Of a stretch of 64,000 nt of DNA, positions 9,896-19,593 are shown piece after piece. This stretch comes from an uncultured Candidatus Saccharibacteria bacterium. GTDB lineage: Bacteria > Patescibacteriota > Minisyncoccia > Phycocordibacterales > EsbW-18. Made by a program: the position numbers and the translations under genes. A model generated the notes under the pieces. The model was given only the letters and a program-made list of their open reading frames with translations. It was not told where the DNA came from and did not search any database. Each line of letters starts with the position of its first letter. Position 1 is the stretch's first letter. The stretch spans positions 1,060 to 65,059 of the forward strand of contig CAZFMQ010000003.1 in assembly GCA_964520295.1 (NCBI GenBank), written 5' to 3'.

Positions 9896-11845
9896 ATGGG
9901 TATTCTTGATTTTATCAGAGGAAAAAAGAGTAGCGAGGCACCAGAGATTTCTCCTGTGCTTCCAAAAGATATTTACGAAGCAGGCGTCCTTGAACTGCAA
10001 GATATTATTGCGCCATCGGCACTCAAAGTAACGCCGCGCGCACTCAATCTTGGTGATAAAGTGGTACGTACATTCTTTGCTATTTCGTATCCACGCTTTC
10101 TGCCCGACAACTGGCTCTCTCCTATTATCAATATGGATAAGGTGTTTGATATTTCTATCTCCATCATTCCTGTAGATACTGCGCAAGTGCTCAAAGAGTT
10201 TCGTAAGCGTGTAGCGGAAGTACAAAGCCAAATCAATATCCGTGAACAACGTGGTTTAGTACGTGATCCAATGCTGGATTCTGCCTACCAAAACCTTGAA
10301 AACCTTCGTGACCAACTTCAGCAGGCAACAGAAAAGCTCTTTGATGTGGGACTCTATATCACCATTTATGCCAGCCAGGAGGAGGAGCTCAATAAAATTG
10401 AAAGTGAGATTCGCTCTGTGCTTGAAAGTCGCCTCATCTACATCAAACCAGCACTCTTTCAACAAGAGCAGGGGTTCCGCAGTGTACTGCCAATACAACA
10501 AGATGAGCTTGGTGTGCACAGCAAACTCAACACCTCGCCACTTTCATCATTTTTCCCGTTTGTATCGTTTGACCTCACCTCCACACAGGGTATTTTGTAC
10601 GGTATCAACCGCCACAACTCTGGCCTCATCATCTTTGACCGATTCTCTATGCCGAACTACAACTCGGTGATGTTTGCTACCTCCGGTTCGGGTAAATCAT
10701 TTGCAACAAAGCTAGAAATTATACGCACGCTCATGTTTGATACCGAAGTTATTGTTATTGACCCAGAGCGTGAGTACGAACGCTTGGCAGAAGCAATGGG
10801 CGGACGTTACTTCAATATCTCACTCACATCAGAACACCACATCAACCCATTTGAGCTCCCACCTATTCGTGAAGATGAAACACCCGCAAACGTATTGCGC
10901 TCACAGATTGTGACACTTGTGGGGCTGTTCCGCATTATGTTTGGTGGTCTCACCCCCGAAGAAGATGCCATCATTGACCGTGCCATCACCGAAACATACG
11001 CACTCAAAGATATCACGGGCGACCATGACTTCACCGGCATTGAACCACCACTGCTTGCCGACTTTGAATTGGTACTCACCGGTATGGAAGGAGGGGAGTC
11101 ACTGGTACAACGCTTAACAAAGTACACGAAGGGTACATGGTCTGGGTTTATCAACCGACCAACAAACGTAGACATCAATAAAAAGTTTGTGGTGTTCTCG
11201 GTACGTGACATGGAAGATGAACTCAAACCGGTTGCCATGTATCTCATCACCAACTACATTTGGGGCACTATTCGCCGCACACTCAAAAAACGATTGCTCG
11301 TGGTGGATGAGGCGTGGTGGATGATGAAAGCAGAGGATACCGCATCGTTGCTCTTCGGCCTGGCGAAGCGCGGACGCAAGTACTACCTTGGTATTGCAAC
11401 GATTACACAAGACGTGAACGACTTCTTGCGCTCACCATATGGATTGCCAATTATCACCAACTCATCCATTCAATTACTCTTGAAGCAGTCGCCGTCAACA
11501 ATTGACTTGGTGCAACAAACATTCAATCTTACCGACGAAGAAAAGTATCTTTTGCTGGAGTCGGGGTTGGGAGAGGGAATCTTCTTTGCAGGTCTCAAGC
11601 ACGTTGCCGTCAAAGTGTATGCTTCATACACCGAAGAACAGCTCATTACCTCTGACCCATCACAACTTATAGCGCTCAAAAAGGCAAAACAGGAGCTCAA
11701 AGACGCCCAAGATCAAGGTGATGCATCAGGTTTGCAGGAAAAAATCTACTCAAAAAGCCCGATAGGGGGTGATTCCGTAGCATCTCAGCAATCCCCACAA
11801 AATAGCGGAATTGCAGGAAATGTTGAAATGAAAAATGTACAATAG
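9896..11845 (+). CDS. virB4: VirB4-family type IV secretion ATPase: CagE/TrbE domain plus ATPase domain
   Basis: Walker A FATSGSGKSFATK and Walker B LLVVDEAWWMM. Upstream CagE_TrbE_VirB-like segment ...RTFFAISYPRFLPDNWLSPII.... The start is taken at ATG 9896 (MGILDFIRG). The track start at 9770 is an upstream in-frame extension. Confidence 0.85.
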   Translation: MGILDFIRGKKSSEAPEISPVLPKDIYEAGVLELQDIIAPSALKVTPRALNLGDKVVRTFFAISYPRFLPDNWLSPIINMDKVFDISISIIPVDTAQVLKEFRKRVAEVQSQINIREQRGLVRDPMLDSAYQNLENLRDQLQQATEKLFDVGLYITIYASQEEELNKIESEIRSVLESRLIYIKPALFQQEQGFRSVLPIQQDELGVHSKLNTSPLSSFFPFVSFDLTSTQGILYGINRHNSGLIIFDRFSMPNYNSVMFATSGSGKSFATKLEIIRTLMFDTEVIVIDPEREYERLAEAMGGRYFNISLTSEHHINPFELPPIREDETPANVLRSQIVTLVGLFRIMFGGLTPEEDAIIDRAITETYALKDITGDHDFTGIEPPLLADFELVLTGMEGGESLVQRLTKYTKGTWSGFINRPTNVDINKKFVVFSVRDMEDELKPVAMYLITNYIWGTIRRTLKKRLLVVDEAWWMMKAEDTASLLFGLAKRGRKYYLGIATITQDVNDFLRSPYGLPIITNSSIQLLLKQSPSTIDLVQQTFNLTDEEKYLLLESGLGEGIFFAGLKHVAVKVYASYTEEQLITSDPSQLIALKKAKQELKDAQDQGDASGLQEKIYSKSPIGGDSVASQQSPQNSGIAGNVEMKNVQ

Positions 11846-11850
11846 AGTAC

Positions 11851-12342
11851 ATGGATGAACAGAATCCAGGTACAGGAATGCAAAACGTGGAGGGTTTTGC
11901 AAATGACATTGATGCGGCAGGGCAGGGTGGTGATAGTGCACCAAAAGAACTTATCTCTAATACCCAAAAAGTATTTTTAGTGGGAACCGCCATTCTTTTT
12001 GACCTCTTGAGCATTGTACTACCCGCAGTAATGTCTATTGTTGCCGCTGTTGTTTTTGGTATTTGGTTTTTGATACTTAAATTGCCACTTTTAAGCCCGA
12101 AAAAACTAGTAACACAGGCCCTTGCCCTGTTTGGAGAAAGCGTACCTGCTATATCCATACTGCCGTTTATTACGATAGGTGTTATGCTTATGATTAGTAT
12201 GGAGAAAATAAAAGAAAAAACCGGTGTTGATGCCTTCGCACTTGTATCAAAGGGCAGACCATCTGCATCGGGCACTGCAAGTACGGCAGCAAAACAAGCG
12301 GTACGACCATCGATGAACGACATGCTTCCCTCAACATCGTAA
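11851..12342 (+). CDS. small multi-TM membrane protein
   Basis: 3-4 hydrophobic helices, for example LVGTAILFDLLSIVLPAVMSIVAAVVFGIWFLIL. The overlapping minus-strand ORF 11697..12323 looks like an antisense artefact. Confidence 0.4.
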   Translation: MDEQNPGTGMQNVEGFANDIDAAGQGGDSAPKELISNTQKVFLVGTAILFDLLSIVLPAVMSIVAAVVFGIWFLILKLPLLSPKKLVTQALALFGESVPAISILPFITIGVMLMISMEKIKEKTGVDAFALVSKGRPSASGTASTAAKQAVRPSMNDMLPSTS

Positions 12343-12344
12343 GT

Positions 12345-13055
12345 ATGAAGAAAGTACTCATTACAGCATTCTTTTTCTCTCTTTTTGTTCCGCTGTATTC
12401 ATATGCGCAAATAAATGTGGCGACACAAAATGTTACCGCAACCGTAGAACTCATGTGGGAGTCACATGCGTATATACCACCATTCTATACAGGACGTGCG
12501 CTCTACCCCGTTGGTGCTGAAGTAACGATGTATGCACTCCCGCCCGCAGATCTTGGTGCACCGAACACACTAACCTACACATGGAAAAAAGACAGTGTCG
12601 TGCAAGGATCACTCTCGGGTATTGGCAAACGCTCGTACACATTCTCGGGCTCACAGTTCGGTGATTCACCACTTATTGCCGTTGAAGTATCCAACGGCAC
12701 ACAAACAGCCGTGGGTGCCGTGCGCCTCGCACAAGCAGACCCTGTCATACGACAGTACCCCAACACACCACTGGGTGGTATTCTTTTTGATCACGCACTT
12801 CCCAATGCCCTTACCACACAAGAAGAAACATTTGGTGTAGAGGCATATCCGTACTTTTTTTCAGCCTCATCACGAACCGATATTCCACTTCGCTACACGT
12901 GGAATATCGGGGGATCGACAGTCGCTGATGCAACAGGACCTTCCATTGCCATTACATCAGAACAACCGACACGCATCAATGCACAGCTAACCATCAACAA
13001 CACGGCGCAGATATTGCAACGTGCCACAAAAGCACTGACCATCACCTTTGAATAA
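12345..13055 (+). CDS. secreted hypothetical protein
   Basis: Signal peptide MKKVLITAFFFSLFVPLYSYAQ. Operonic with the VirB4 gene. Confidence 0.5.
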   Translation: MKKVLITAFFFSLFVPLYSYAQINVATQNVTATVELMWESHAYIPPFYTGRALYPVGAEVTMYALPPADLGAPNTLTYTWKKDSVVQGSLSGIGKRSYTFSGSQFGDSPLIAVEVSNGTQTAVGAVRLAQADPVIRQYPNTPLGGILFDHALPNALTTQEETFGVEAYPYFFSASSRTDIPLRYTWNIGGSTVADATGPSIAITSEQPTRINAQLTINNTAQILQRATKALTITFE

Positions 13056-13056
13056 T

Positions 13057-13989
13057 ATGAAACGCGCTCTCTTATTTTCAACTATTATTGTTCTCACACT
13101 CGTTGTATTGCCATTATTTGTAGAGGCGCAAACATACGAGTTTCTTGTAAAGGATTTACCATTTATTACAGAAGCTGAAGATGAGGGTCTTCCAGGACTT
13201 TTGAATGCGTTCTTTAAGTTTGGATTGGCGATTGCCGTAACACTCTCGGTGGTGATGTTTACCTACAACGGCGTGCAGTACATGGTATCTGACGTGGTAA
13301 AAAATAAAAGTAAGGCAGTTGGTGGTATGCAAGCGTCTATATGGGGACTGGTGATGGCATTTGCGGCATGGCTTGTATTGCGCACCATCAATCCCGCGCT
13401 TGTTGATTTTCAATTGTTTAAAACAATCCAAGAAGTGCGGGATCGTTTGAACACAAACATTGAAGAGCAGACCACCCCTGGACCGACTGCAACCACCACA
13501 CCAGGAGAAATGCCTGAGTCGGAGCGTGCTGCCAGAGAAAAATTAAAAGCTTTAGGAATTGGGGTCAATAGAGAAAATCATTGTGAAACAGCAACGAGTA
13601 GGAACTGTACAAATGTTGCTAATATGCCAGCAGCAATGGTTAGTTTATTGAGTAGAATGACGCAATTTGGCAAATGTCCAGAGAGCGGCCCATTCACTAA
13701 TTGTCCCATAACAATTACAGGGGGAACGGAGATGTTCCCACACAGAACACATGGTCCGGGCAAACCAGTGGTCGACCTCAGAAAAAATATTGCGGTTGAA
13801 AAATGGTTGCAGGCATATGCAACAAAATGTCCCGCACAATACGATGGTGGTGATGTGTGGATTGTAAAGAACGCATTGCAACAATATTTTTGGGATGAAC
13901 AAGGTGGAGATCCTCACTGGCATGCATGTATGGGTAGCACATTTTGTGGCAACATTGGTTCAGTATGCGAAACCGTTCATGAAAACTAA
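13057..13989 (+). CDS. pilin-like two-TM N-terminal domain (VirB2/TrbC-like topology) fused to a Cys-rich C-terminal domain
   Basis: Signal peptide, then two hydrophobic helices (LLNAFFKFGLAIAVTLSVVMFTY and ASIWGLVMAFAAWLVLRTINPAL). C-terminal domain carries 9 Cys and several His. ATG at 13057 is preferred over TTG at 13048. Confidence 0.45.
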   Translation: MKRALLFSTIIVLTLVVLPLFVEAQTYEFLVKDLPFITEAEDEGLPGLLNAFFKFGLAIAVTLSVVMFTYNGVQYMVSDVVKNKSKAVGGMQASIWGLVMAFAAWLVLRTINPALVDFQLFKTIQEVRDRLNTNIEEQTTPGPTATTTPGEMPESERAAREKLKALGIGVNRENHCETATSRNCTNVANMPAAMVSLLSRMTQFGKCPESGPFTNCPITITGGTEMFPHRTHGPGKPVVDLRKNIAVEKWLQAYATKCPAQYDGGDVWIVKNALQQYFWDEQGGDPHWHACMGSTFCGNIGSVCETVHEN

Positions 13990-13991
13990 CT

Positions 13992-15263
13992 ATGCGTAGA
14001 ACACTTACCATTCTCACAATCATTATTGGTATCATCGCTGTCATTGCGACAGTGTGGTGGTTTGTGGCACACCGCACATCTGAAATACCATTAGACGTTA
14101 CCACTACTCCTGATCGCACATTCAACCCATTCGGATTGTTTAGTGGAGACGACACTACCACTACAACCGGCACAGGCACGGACACGCCGTTATTCCCTGA
14201 TGTACCAATGACAGTGGAACGCCCGTCACTTTTCAAAATCACCGAAGGTCCTGTTGCGGGTGTAACCACCTATGCGACAACCAACGGCACCACAACAGAA
14301 CACTTCGTCCGCTACGTAGAGCGTAATTCCGGCAACATCTACGACTACTCGCTTTCAACAGGACGTGAAGTACGTGTATCCAACACCACCATTCCACGTG
14401 TGCATGAAGCACTCTTTGGTAACAGTGGGGCAACGGTTGTATATCGTCGCCTACAAGACGATGGAGAAACTGTTGAAACCTATCTCGGCTCAATTTCATC
14501 GGCAACCACCACTGAAACTCGACTCTCGGGTTCATTCCTTCCTGAAAATATTCTCACTATCGCACTACACCCAGACGATAACCGCGTATTTTATACACTA
14601 CGTTCAGGAGAAAATGGTGCCATCGGCTATGTGGTATCGGGTAGCGCAACAACAAATGTATTTTCACATCCATTCTACCAGTGGCAGGCACACTGGAGCG
14701 GTAACACCGTACTTCTTTCTACCGCACCATCATACGGAGTAGGGGGTAGCGCATTCACACTCAACACAAACACGGGCGCACTCGCACGCTTTGCGACAGG
14801 ACCAGGATTGACCGTACTACCAAGTGGCAGTGTCAATACACACCTTGTCGGTACTGCAAATAACAACCGATTAAATCTTTCAACGTACTCTGCAACAACG
14901 AACGCCTTCACTAATTTGTCTATGAGTGCACTCCCTGAAAAATGTGTGTGGGCAAGCGGTACAACGCTGTACTGTGCTGTTCCTTCAAACCCAGCGACCG
15001 ACATGCCTGATATTTGGTACCAAGGTGCAATCGCGCTTGCCGACACGTTGTGGAAAATTGACACCACCTCAGGAATAACTGAATACATCGTTGACCCCAA
15101 CCGAACAATCTCTATTGGTGTTGATATGATTGACCTTGCGCTTTCGCAAGACAGCAACAATCTAGTATTCATCAACAAGCGTGATCGCTCTCTGTGGGTT
15201 GCTGACCTTGCACTACTTACCCTTGAAAACAACCAATCAAATACCGTTGAGGGGGCCTTCTAG
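13992..15263 (+). CDS. membrane-anchored beta-rich protein, possibly a beta-propeller
   Basis: N-terminal TM LTILTIIIGIIAVIATVWWFV. T/S/G-rich repetitive beta-strand-like sequence. Last gene of the plus-strand cluster. Confidence 0.45.
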   Translation: MRRTLTILTIIIGIIAVIATVWWFVAHRTSEIPLDVTTTPDRTFNPFGLFSGDDTTTTTGTGTDTPLFPDVPMTVERPSLFKITEGPVAGVTTYATTNGTTTEHFVRYVERNSGNIYDYSLSTGREVRVSNTTIPRVHEALFGNSGATVVYRRLQDDGETVETYLGSISSATTTETRLSGSFLPENILTIALHPDDNRVFYTLRSGENGAIGYVVSGSATTNVFSHPFYQWQAHWSGNTVLLSTAPSYGVGGSAFTLNTNTGALARFATGPGLTVLPSGSVNTHLVGTANNNRLNLSTYSATTNAFTNLSMSALPEKCVWASGTTLYCAVPSNPATDMPDIWYQGAIALADTLWKIDTTSGITEYIVDPNRTISIGVDMIDLALSQDSNNLVFINKRDRSLWVADLALLTLENNQSNTVEGAF

Positions 15264-15979
15264 TGTTCCTCGCGATGCTTACGCAAAAACGCTTCTTGTG
15301 CAATAGAGAAGAGGTTGCTTGTTGTCCAATACAAACCCGCAGATGCAGGAAGTGCTGCAGCAATAACAACAATAATCACAGGAAATACGTATTTCATTTG
15401 GAATGACATACTTTTCTGGAATGACGCACCGAACGAATCAGTGTTACCTGATGGTTGTGGCATACGCATAAGGTACGCTTGGAAAAATTGTGACACTCCT
15501 GCAAGAACCGCGATAGGTAAACTTTTTTGTGCCACATCAATAAAACCCATAAAAATAGTGCTTATTTCGGGAGGTACTGATACAAAAGAGTATAGAAAAT
15601 CGGGATTTATGACCGGAAATCCATCGCGTACGAGTGTGAAGTACAATCCAAAAATAATAGGGATCTGTACAAACATAAAGGCAATGCTTGCGAACGGATT
15701 TATTTTATATTCACGATACAACGCCAACATTTTTTGTGCCTGTTGTTGACGATCGTTTTTAAACTTTTCACGAATCTCTTCCATTTTTGGTTGTACCTGT
15801 TGCATCACCATTTGGGTTTTCAATGCACGCTGTGCAAGAGGAAAGAGCACGAGACGAACCAATATAGTAAACGCAATAACAATAATACCGAGATCCGCCC
15901 ATGGCAGAAGGTGCATGAGACCAACAACGCCGTTGTAGAGTGGCTGTGTAACAAGTGTAAAGAAAATTCCGTGTGACAT
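15260..15979 (-). CDS. yidC: membrane protein insertase YidC/Oxa1, short form
   Basis: Multi-TM protein directly downstream of rnpA. The start is taken at MSHGIFF (15979). The track start at 16018 would overlap rnpA. Confidence 0.8.
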   Translation of the reverse strand: MSHGIFFTLVTQPLYNGVVGLMHLLPWADLGIIVIAFTILVRLVLFPLAQRALKTQMVMQQVQPKMEEIREKFKNDRQQQAQKMLALYREYKINPFASIAFMFVQIPIIFGLYFTLVRDGFPVINPDFLYSFVSVPPEISTIFMGFIDVAQKSLPIAVLAGVSQFFQAYLMRMPQPSGNTDSFGASFQKSMSFQMKYVFPVIIVVIAAALPASAGLYWTTSNLFSIAQEAFLRKHREEH

Positions 15980-15986
15980 ATGAACG

Positions 15987-16334
15987 TTATTGTATATCTG
16001 TCTGTCTATCCTCGCCACTAGACAGTAGTGTTTTAATTTCTTCTTTCAAGATATCACTAGGCGGGAGCGTTTTTTGTAACATAATAAAAATAAAGGTGCC
16101 GTGTATGTTTTTTTCTTTATTATATATTTCTCCAATAGCTGTATATACTTTTCGACGTAATGTATTACGTGCAACCGCGCTCGGTGCGACTTTTTTACTT
16201 ACCGTTACCGCACATCGAAAATGGGTGGTTGAGGGGATACTACGTACAATAAAGTGTTTTGAGCGCAAAACAACGCCGTCTTTAAAAACGGCGTTGAACT
16301 GTGTTGTGGTGATGCGGTGTTTTTTAGGAAGCAT
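15987..16334 (-). CDS. rnpA: ribonuclease P protein component
   Basis: 115-aa basic protein, MLPKKHRITTTQFNAVFKDG..., in the canonical rpmH-rnpA-yidC context. Confidence 0.85.
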   Translation of the reverse strand: MLPKKHRITTTQFNAVFKDGVVLRSKHFIVRSIPSTTHFRCAVTVSKKVAPSAVARNTLRRKVYTAIGEIYNKEKNIHGTFIFIMLQKTLPPSDILKEEIKTLLSSGEDRQTDIQ

Positions 16335-16350
16335 TACACAATGCTCTTAT

Positions 16351-16485
16351 TTACACAGCAAGGCGTGCGCGGCCTTTTGAGCGGCGGCGCTTAATCATCT
16401 TGCGCCCCCCTGCGGTTTTGGTACGAACGAGAAAACCGTGTGTTTTTGCTCGTTTTCGCTTCTTTGGCTGGTTTGTTCGCTTCAT
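16351..16485 (-). CDS. rpmH: 50S ribosomal protein L34
   Basis: Hand translation gives [44 protein letters not shown] (44 aa). Too short for the 60-aa ORF track. Confidence 0.9.
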   Translation of the reverse strand: MKRTNQPKKRKRAKTHGFLVRTKTAGGRKMIKRRRSKGRARLAV

Positions 16486-16604
16486 ATAATTTGACTTTTT
16501 TAACGGTTTGTTATGTGTTGTTAGATTGCACCATCCGTTGTCCCCACATTATAAACATAGTTTTCTCCTTTTCTCAAGGTTGTACCTTTTCAAATACGTT
16601 TATA

Positions 16605-18005
16605 ATGAGCAGACAAACTTCCTTCACCATGTCCACCACCACAGCCCAAACACCAACAGATACAAAAGATTTATGGATGCAGGTATTAGGTGCTGTTGAA
16701 CTTCTTGTTTCTAAGGCAATCTTTAAGACGTGGTTTAAAGATACTCATATTGTAAAAGTAGAGGACGGTGTGGTGTTTGTGGGTGTTCCAAATGTTTTTA
16801 CAAAGGATTTGATCACGGAAAAGTACCATAAAATGGTGTTAAAGGCGCTCCGTGATATTTCATATACCATCAGATCGGTTGAATACATGATTTCTACAAA
16901 ACCGCCTTCTGATACAAAAATCCTTTCATATCAATCAACTCATCAACACGATGGTGGGGAAGAACTACCACTTCGTGATTTATATATCAATAAAAGCGAT
17001 AATTTGAACCCTCGGTATACGTTTGATTCTTTTGTGGTTGGTTCATTTAATGAGCTGGCGTACGCAGCAGCACAAGCGATTTTAGAGCGTCCGGGTGCAC
17101 GTTATAATCCATTCTTTGTGTATGGACAAACAGGGCATGGAAAAACACACCTTATCCAAGCAATTGGTAATGAAGTAAAAAAGAAGTTTCCTGATAAAAA
17201 GGTTTTTTATGTTACATCAGAACGGTTTGCTCAAGATCTTGTGAATTCTATTCAAACGAATGCAGTTAATAATTTTAAAGAACGTTATCGAAAATATGAT
17301 GTACTCATTATGGATGATGTACAGTTCCTTTCTAATAAAGAAAAAACACAAGAAGAGTTGTTTCATCTTTTTAATGAAATTTTTGATAGAAATGGACAAA
17401 TTATCTTTTCATCAGATAGACATCCAAATTACATCCAAAGCTTAGCAGATCGCCTAAAATCGCGTTTTAACGCTGGTATGACGGTGGATATTCCTCCTCC
17501 TGACTTTGAATCACGACTCGCAATCGTCAAATCAAAAACAAATGAGAATAATGTAGTACTCTCAGAGGAAATACTTTCATATATAGCAAATAGTATTGAA
17601 GGTAATATTCGTGAAATTGAAGGTGCATTAAATTCTATTTTGTGCCAAATCCAACTTAAAAAACGTGATCTTAATCTTAATGAGGTGCGGGATATTATAA
17701 AAAACAGCATCAAACCTAAAAAAATGGTTTCAGTAAAAGATGTTGTTAAGATTGTTGCTGATTTTTATAACTTAGATGAAGAAAATATCTATAAAAAGAG
17801 TCGTAAAAAAGAGGTAGTGAAGCCACGACAGGTTATTATGTACATCCTTAGAGAAGATTTTGCATTACCTTATCCAACAATTGGTCAAAAACTTGGTGGT
17901 CGTGATCACACAACAGTTATTCACTCATACGAAAAAATAAAAGAGGATTTAAAAAATGATCATCAATTAGAACAAGAATTAACTCAAGTACGTGCATTAC
18001 TATAG
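16605..18005 (+). CDS. dnaA: chromosomal replication initiator DnaA
   Basis: AAA+ motifs GQTGHGKTHL and LIMDDVQFL, and a C-terminal HTH. The start is taken at ATG 16605 (MSRQTSF). The track start at 16440 overlaps rpmH. Confidence 0.95.
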   Translation: MSRQTSFTMSTTTAQTPTDTKDLWMQVLGAVELLVSKAIFKTWFKDTHIVKVEDGVVFVGVPNVFTKDLITEKYHKMVLKALRDISYTIRSVEYMISTKPPSDTKILSYQSTHQHDGGEELPLRDLYINKSDNLNPRYTFDSFVVGSFNELAYAAAQAILERPGARYNPFFVYGQTGHGKTHLIQAIGNEVKKKFPDKKVFYVTSERFAQDLVNSIQTNAVNNFKERYRKYDVLIMDDVQFLSNKEKTQEELFHLFNEIFDRNGQIIFSSDRHPNYIQSLADRLKSRFNAGMTVDIPPPDFESRLAIVKSKTNENNVVLSEEILSYIANSIEGNIREIEGALNSILCQIQLKKRDLNLNEVRDIIKNSIKPKKMVSVKDVVKIVADFYNLDEENIYKKSRKKEVVKPRQVIMYILREDFALPYPTIGQKLGGRDHTTVIHSYEKIKEDLKNDHQLEQELTQVRALL

Positions 18006-18229
18006 TAATAAGTATGTGTATAACAGTTGTATAAAAATATAAGTATCTGTGTATGAAATGTATATAAATCAAGATTATAAGAAAAGAATCTAAAAATACA
18101 CAATTTTATATTCTCTTCATACGAATGTTATACACTTCCATCATTCTAAAAAGAGCTTACAGAACACTATAAAATCAACTTATACACTCATCCACTGCAC
18201 TAATAGTAATAATAAATTTATTTATATAT
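18006..18229. promoter_or_regulatory. candidate oriC: DnaA boxes plus an AT-rich unwinding element between dnaA and dnaN
   Basis: Matches to TTATNCACA: TGTGTATAA (18015-18023, reverse orientation, perfect), TGTGTATGA (18048-18056), and TTATACACT at 18128-18136 and 18180-18188. An AT-run, aataataaatttatttatatata, lies just before dnaN. Confidence 0.5.
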
Positions 18230-19330
18230 ATGAAATTCACTGTTCAGAAAGAACAACTACACACTGCAATCAACAGTGTTGAACGAGTTACAGGACGTAA
18301 CCTGTCACTTCCTGTATTACGTTGTGTGCTACTTACTGCGGAAGGGAAGTCAGTAGTGGTTCGTGCAACAAATCTTGATATTGGTATAGAAGTTACTATT
18401 CCGGCAGATGTTGTTGAGTCCGGTGTCGTTGCAGTTCCTGCAGATACTTTTAATCAAATGTTATCCACACTTTCATTTTCAGGACCACTCACCGTTTCGC
18501 AAAATGATTCAAAAATTATTATTACTACACCTAAAAGTGAGACGTCAGTTTCTATATTTTCTTCAGAAGATTTTCCATCACTCCCTAAACTGTCAGATAA
18601 AAAACTATTTTCAATTTCTTCAACAGCACTTTCAGAGAGTTTAAAAAGTGTGTGGTGGAGTGCTTCTATTGGAAGTATTAAACCAGAGTTGAGTTCAGTG
18701 TACCTCTATCATCAAGATGGGTATCTCGTTACTGTTGCAACAGACTCATTTCGACTTGCAGAAAAGAAAGTAAAAATTGGAACATTATATGATTTTGAAA
18801 CATTACTTATTCCCTTAAAAAATGTTTCAGAAATGATACGTCATCTAGATACTTTTAAAGGTGATGTAGAAGTAACTGGAGATGTACACCAAATAGGGTT
18901 TGTAATGGGAAATATATATATTACCTCCCGTGCTGTGGATGGGGTATTTCCTGATTATAAACAAATTATTCCAAAAGAATTTGTGACAACTATTACACTC
19001 TTAAAACAAGATTGTATTGATGCACTAAAACATGTACGAGTATTTTCTGATCAATTTAATAAACTTTCATTTTCAGTAGATAAAAAGAAAAAGCAGTGCA
19101 GTGTAAAAACAGTAAATTCAGAAACAGGAGAGAGTGTTATAGAGTTGGATGCTGCTATAGAAGGAGAAGATATTGAAATGAATTTTAATTACGCCTATAT
19201 TTTGGATGGTGTGCAGACAATTACATCAGATAGTGTTGTTATACAGTGTGCAGGTGTAGGAAAACCAACATGTATTCAACCAATAGGAGATAAATCATTT
19301 TTGTATATTGTGATGCCAATGAATAGATAA
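18230..19330 (+). CDS. dnaN: DNA polymerase III beta sliding clamp
   Basis: MKFTVQKEQLHTAINSVERV..., 366 aa, directly after dnaA. Confidence 0.95.
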   Translation: MKFTVQKEQLHTAINSVERVTGRNLSLPVLRCVLLTAEGKSVVVRATNLDIGIEVTIPADVVESGVVAVPADTFNQMLSTLSFSGPLTVSQNDSKIIITTPKSETSVSIFSSEDFPSLPKLSDKKLFSISSTALSESLKSVWWSASIGSIKPELSSVYLYHQDGYLVTVATDSFRLAEKKVKIGTLYDFETLLIPLKNVSEMIRHLDTFKGDVEVTGDVHQIGFVMGNIYITSRAVDGVFPDYKQIIPKEFVTTITLLKQDCIDALKHVRVFSDQFNKLSFSVDKKKKQCSVKTVNSETGESVIELDAAIEGEDIEMNFNYAYILDGVQTITSDSVVIQCAGVGKPTCIQPIGDKSFLYIVMPMNR

Positions 19331-19335
19331 GAGAT

Positions 19336-19593
19336 ATGTACAATATAGGAGATTTTCTTTCAAAATATATACGATTTACACCACCAGATATGGTGGTGCG
19401 TAAAAAACTATCAAAAATTATTTCTCAAGAAACTAATAAAACCATTTCAGAGAGTGATATTCGTATTATAGGACCAATCGCATACTGCACGTTTGATAGT
19501 ATGTTTAAAAATATTGTGTTTATGAAGAAAAACACAATATTACAACAATTAACGCAAGAATTAGGAAAGTCCACTATTCGTGATATTCAATAA
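19336..19593 (+). CDS. DUF721-like small protein commonly found downstream of dnaN
   Basis: 85 aa with a GPIAYCTFDS...NTILQQLTQELG pattern resembling DUF721. Sits in the post-dnaN position. Confidence 0.45.
   Translation: MYNIGDFLSKYIRFTPPDMVVRKKLSKIISQETNKTISESDIRIIGPIAYCTFDSMFKNIVFMKKNTILQQLTQELGKSTIRDIQ

Noticed and set aside
11697-12323. 208-aa minus-strand ORF opposite the small membrane-protein gene
   Set aside because: The plus-strand ORF has well-formed TM helices and is operonic with virB4. The minus ORF is Ser/Ala/Thr-rich antisense-like.
16440-16604. Upstream extension of dnaA from track start 16440
   Set aside because: Would overlap rpmH on the opposite strand. The conserved DnaA N-terminus begins at the ATG at 16605.
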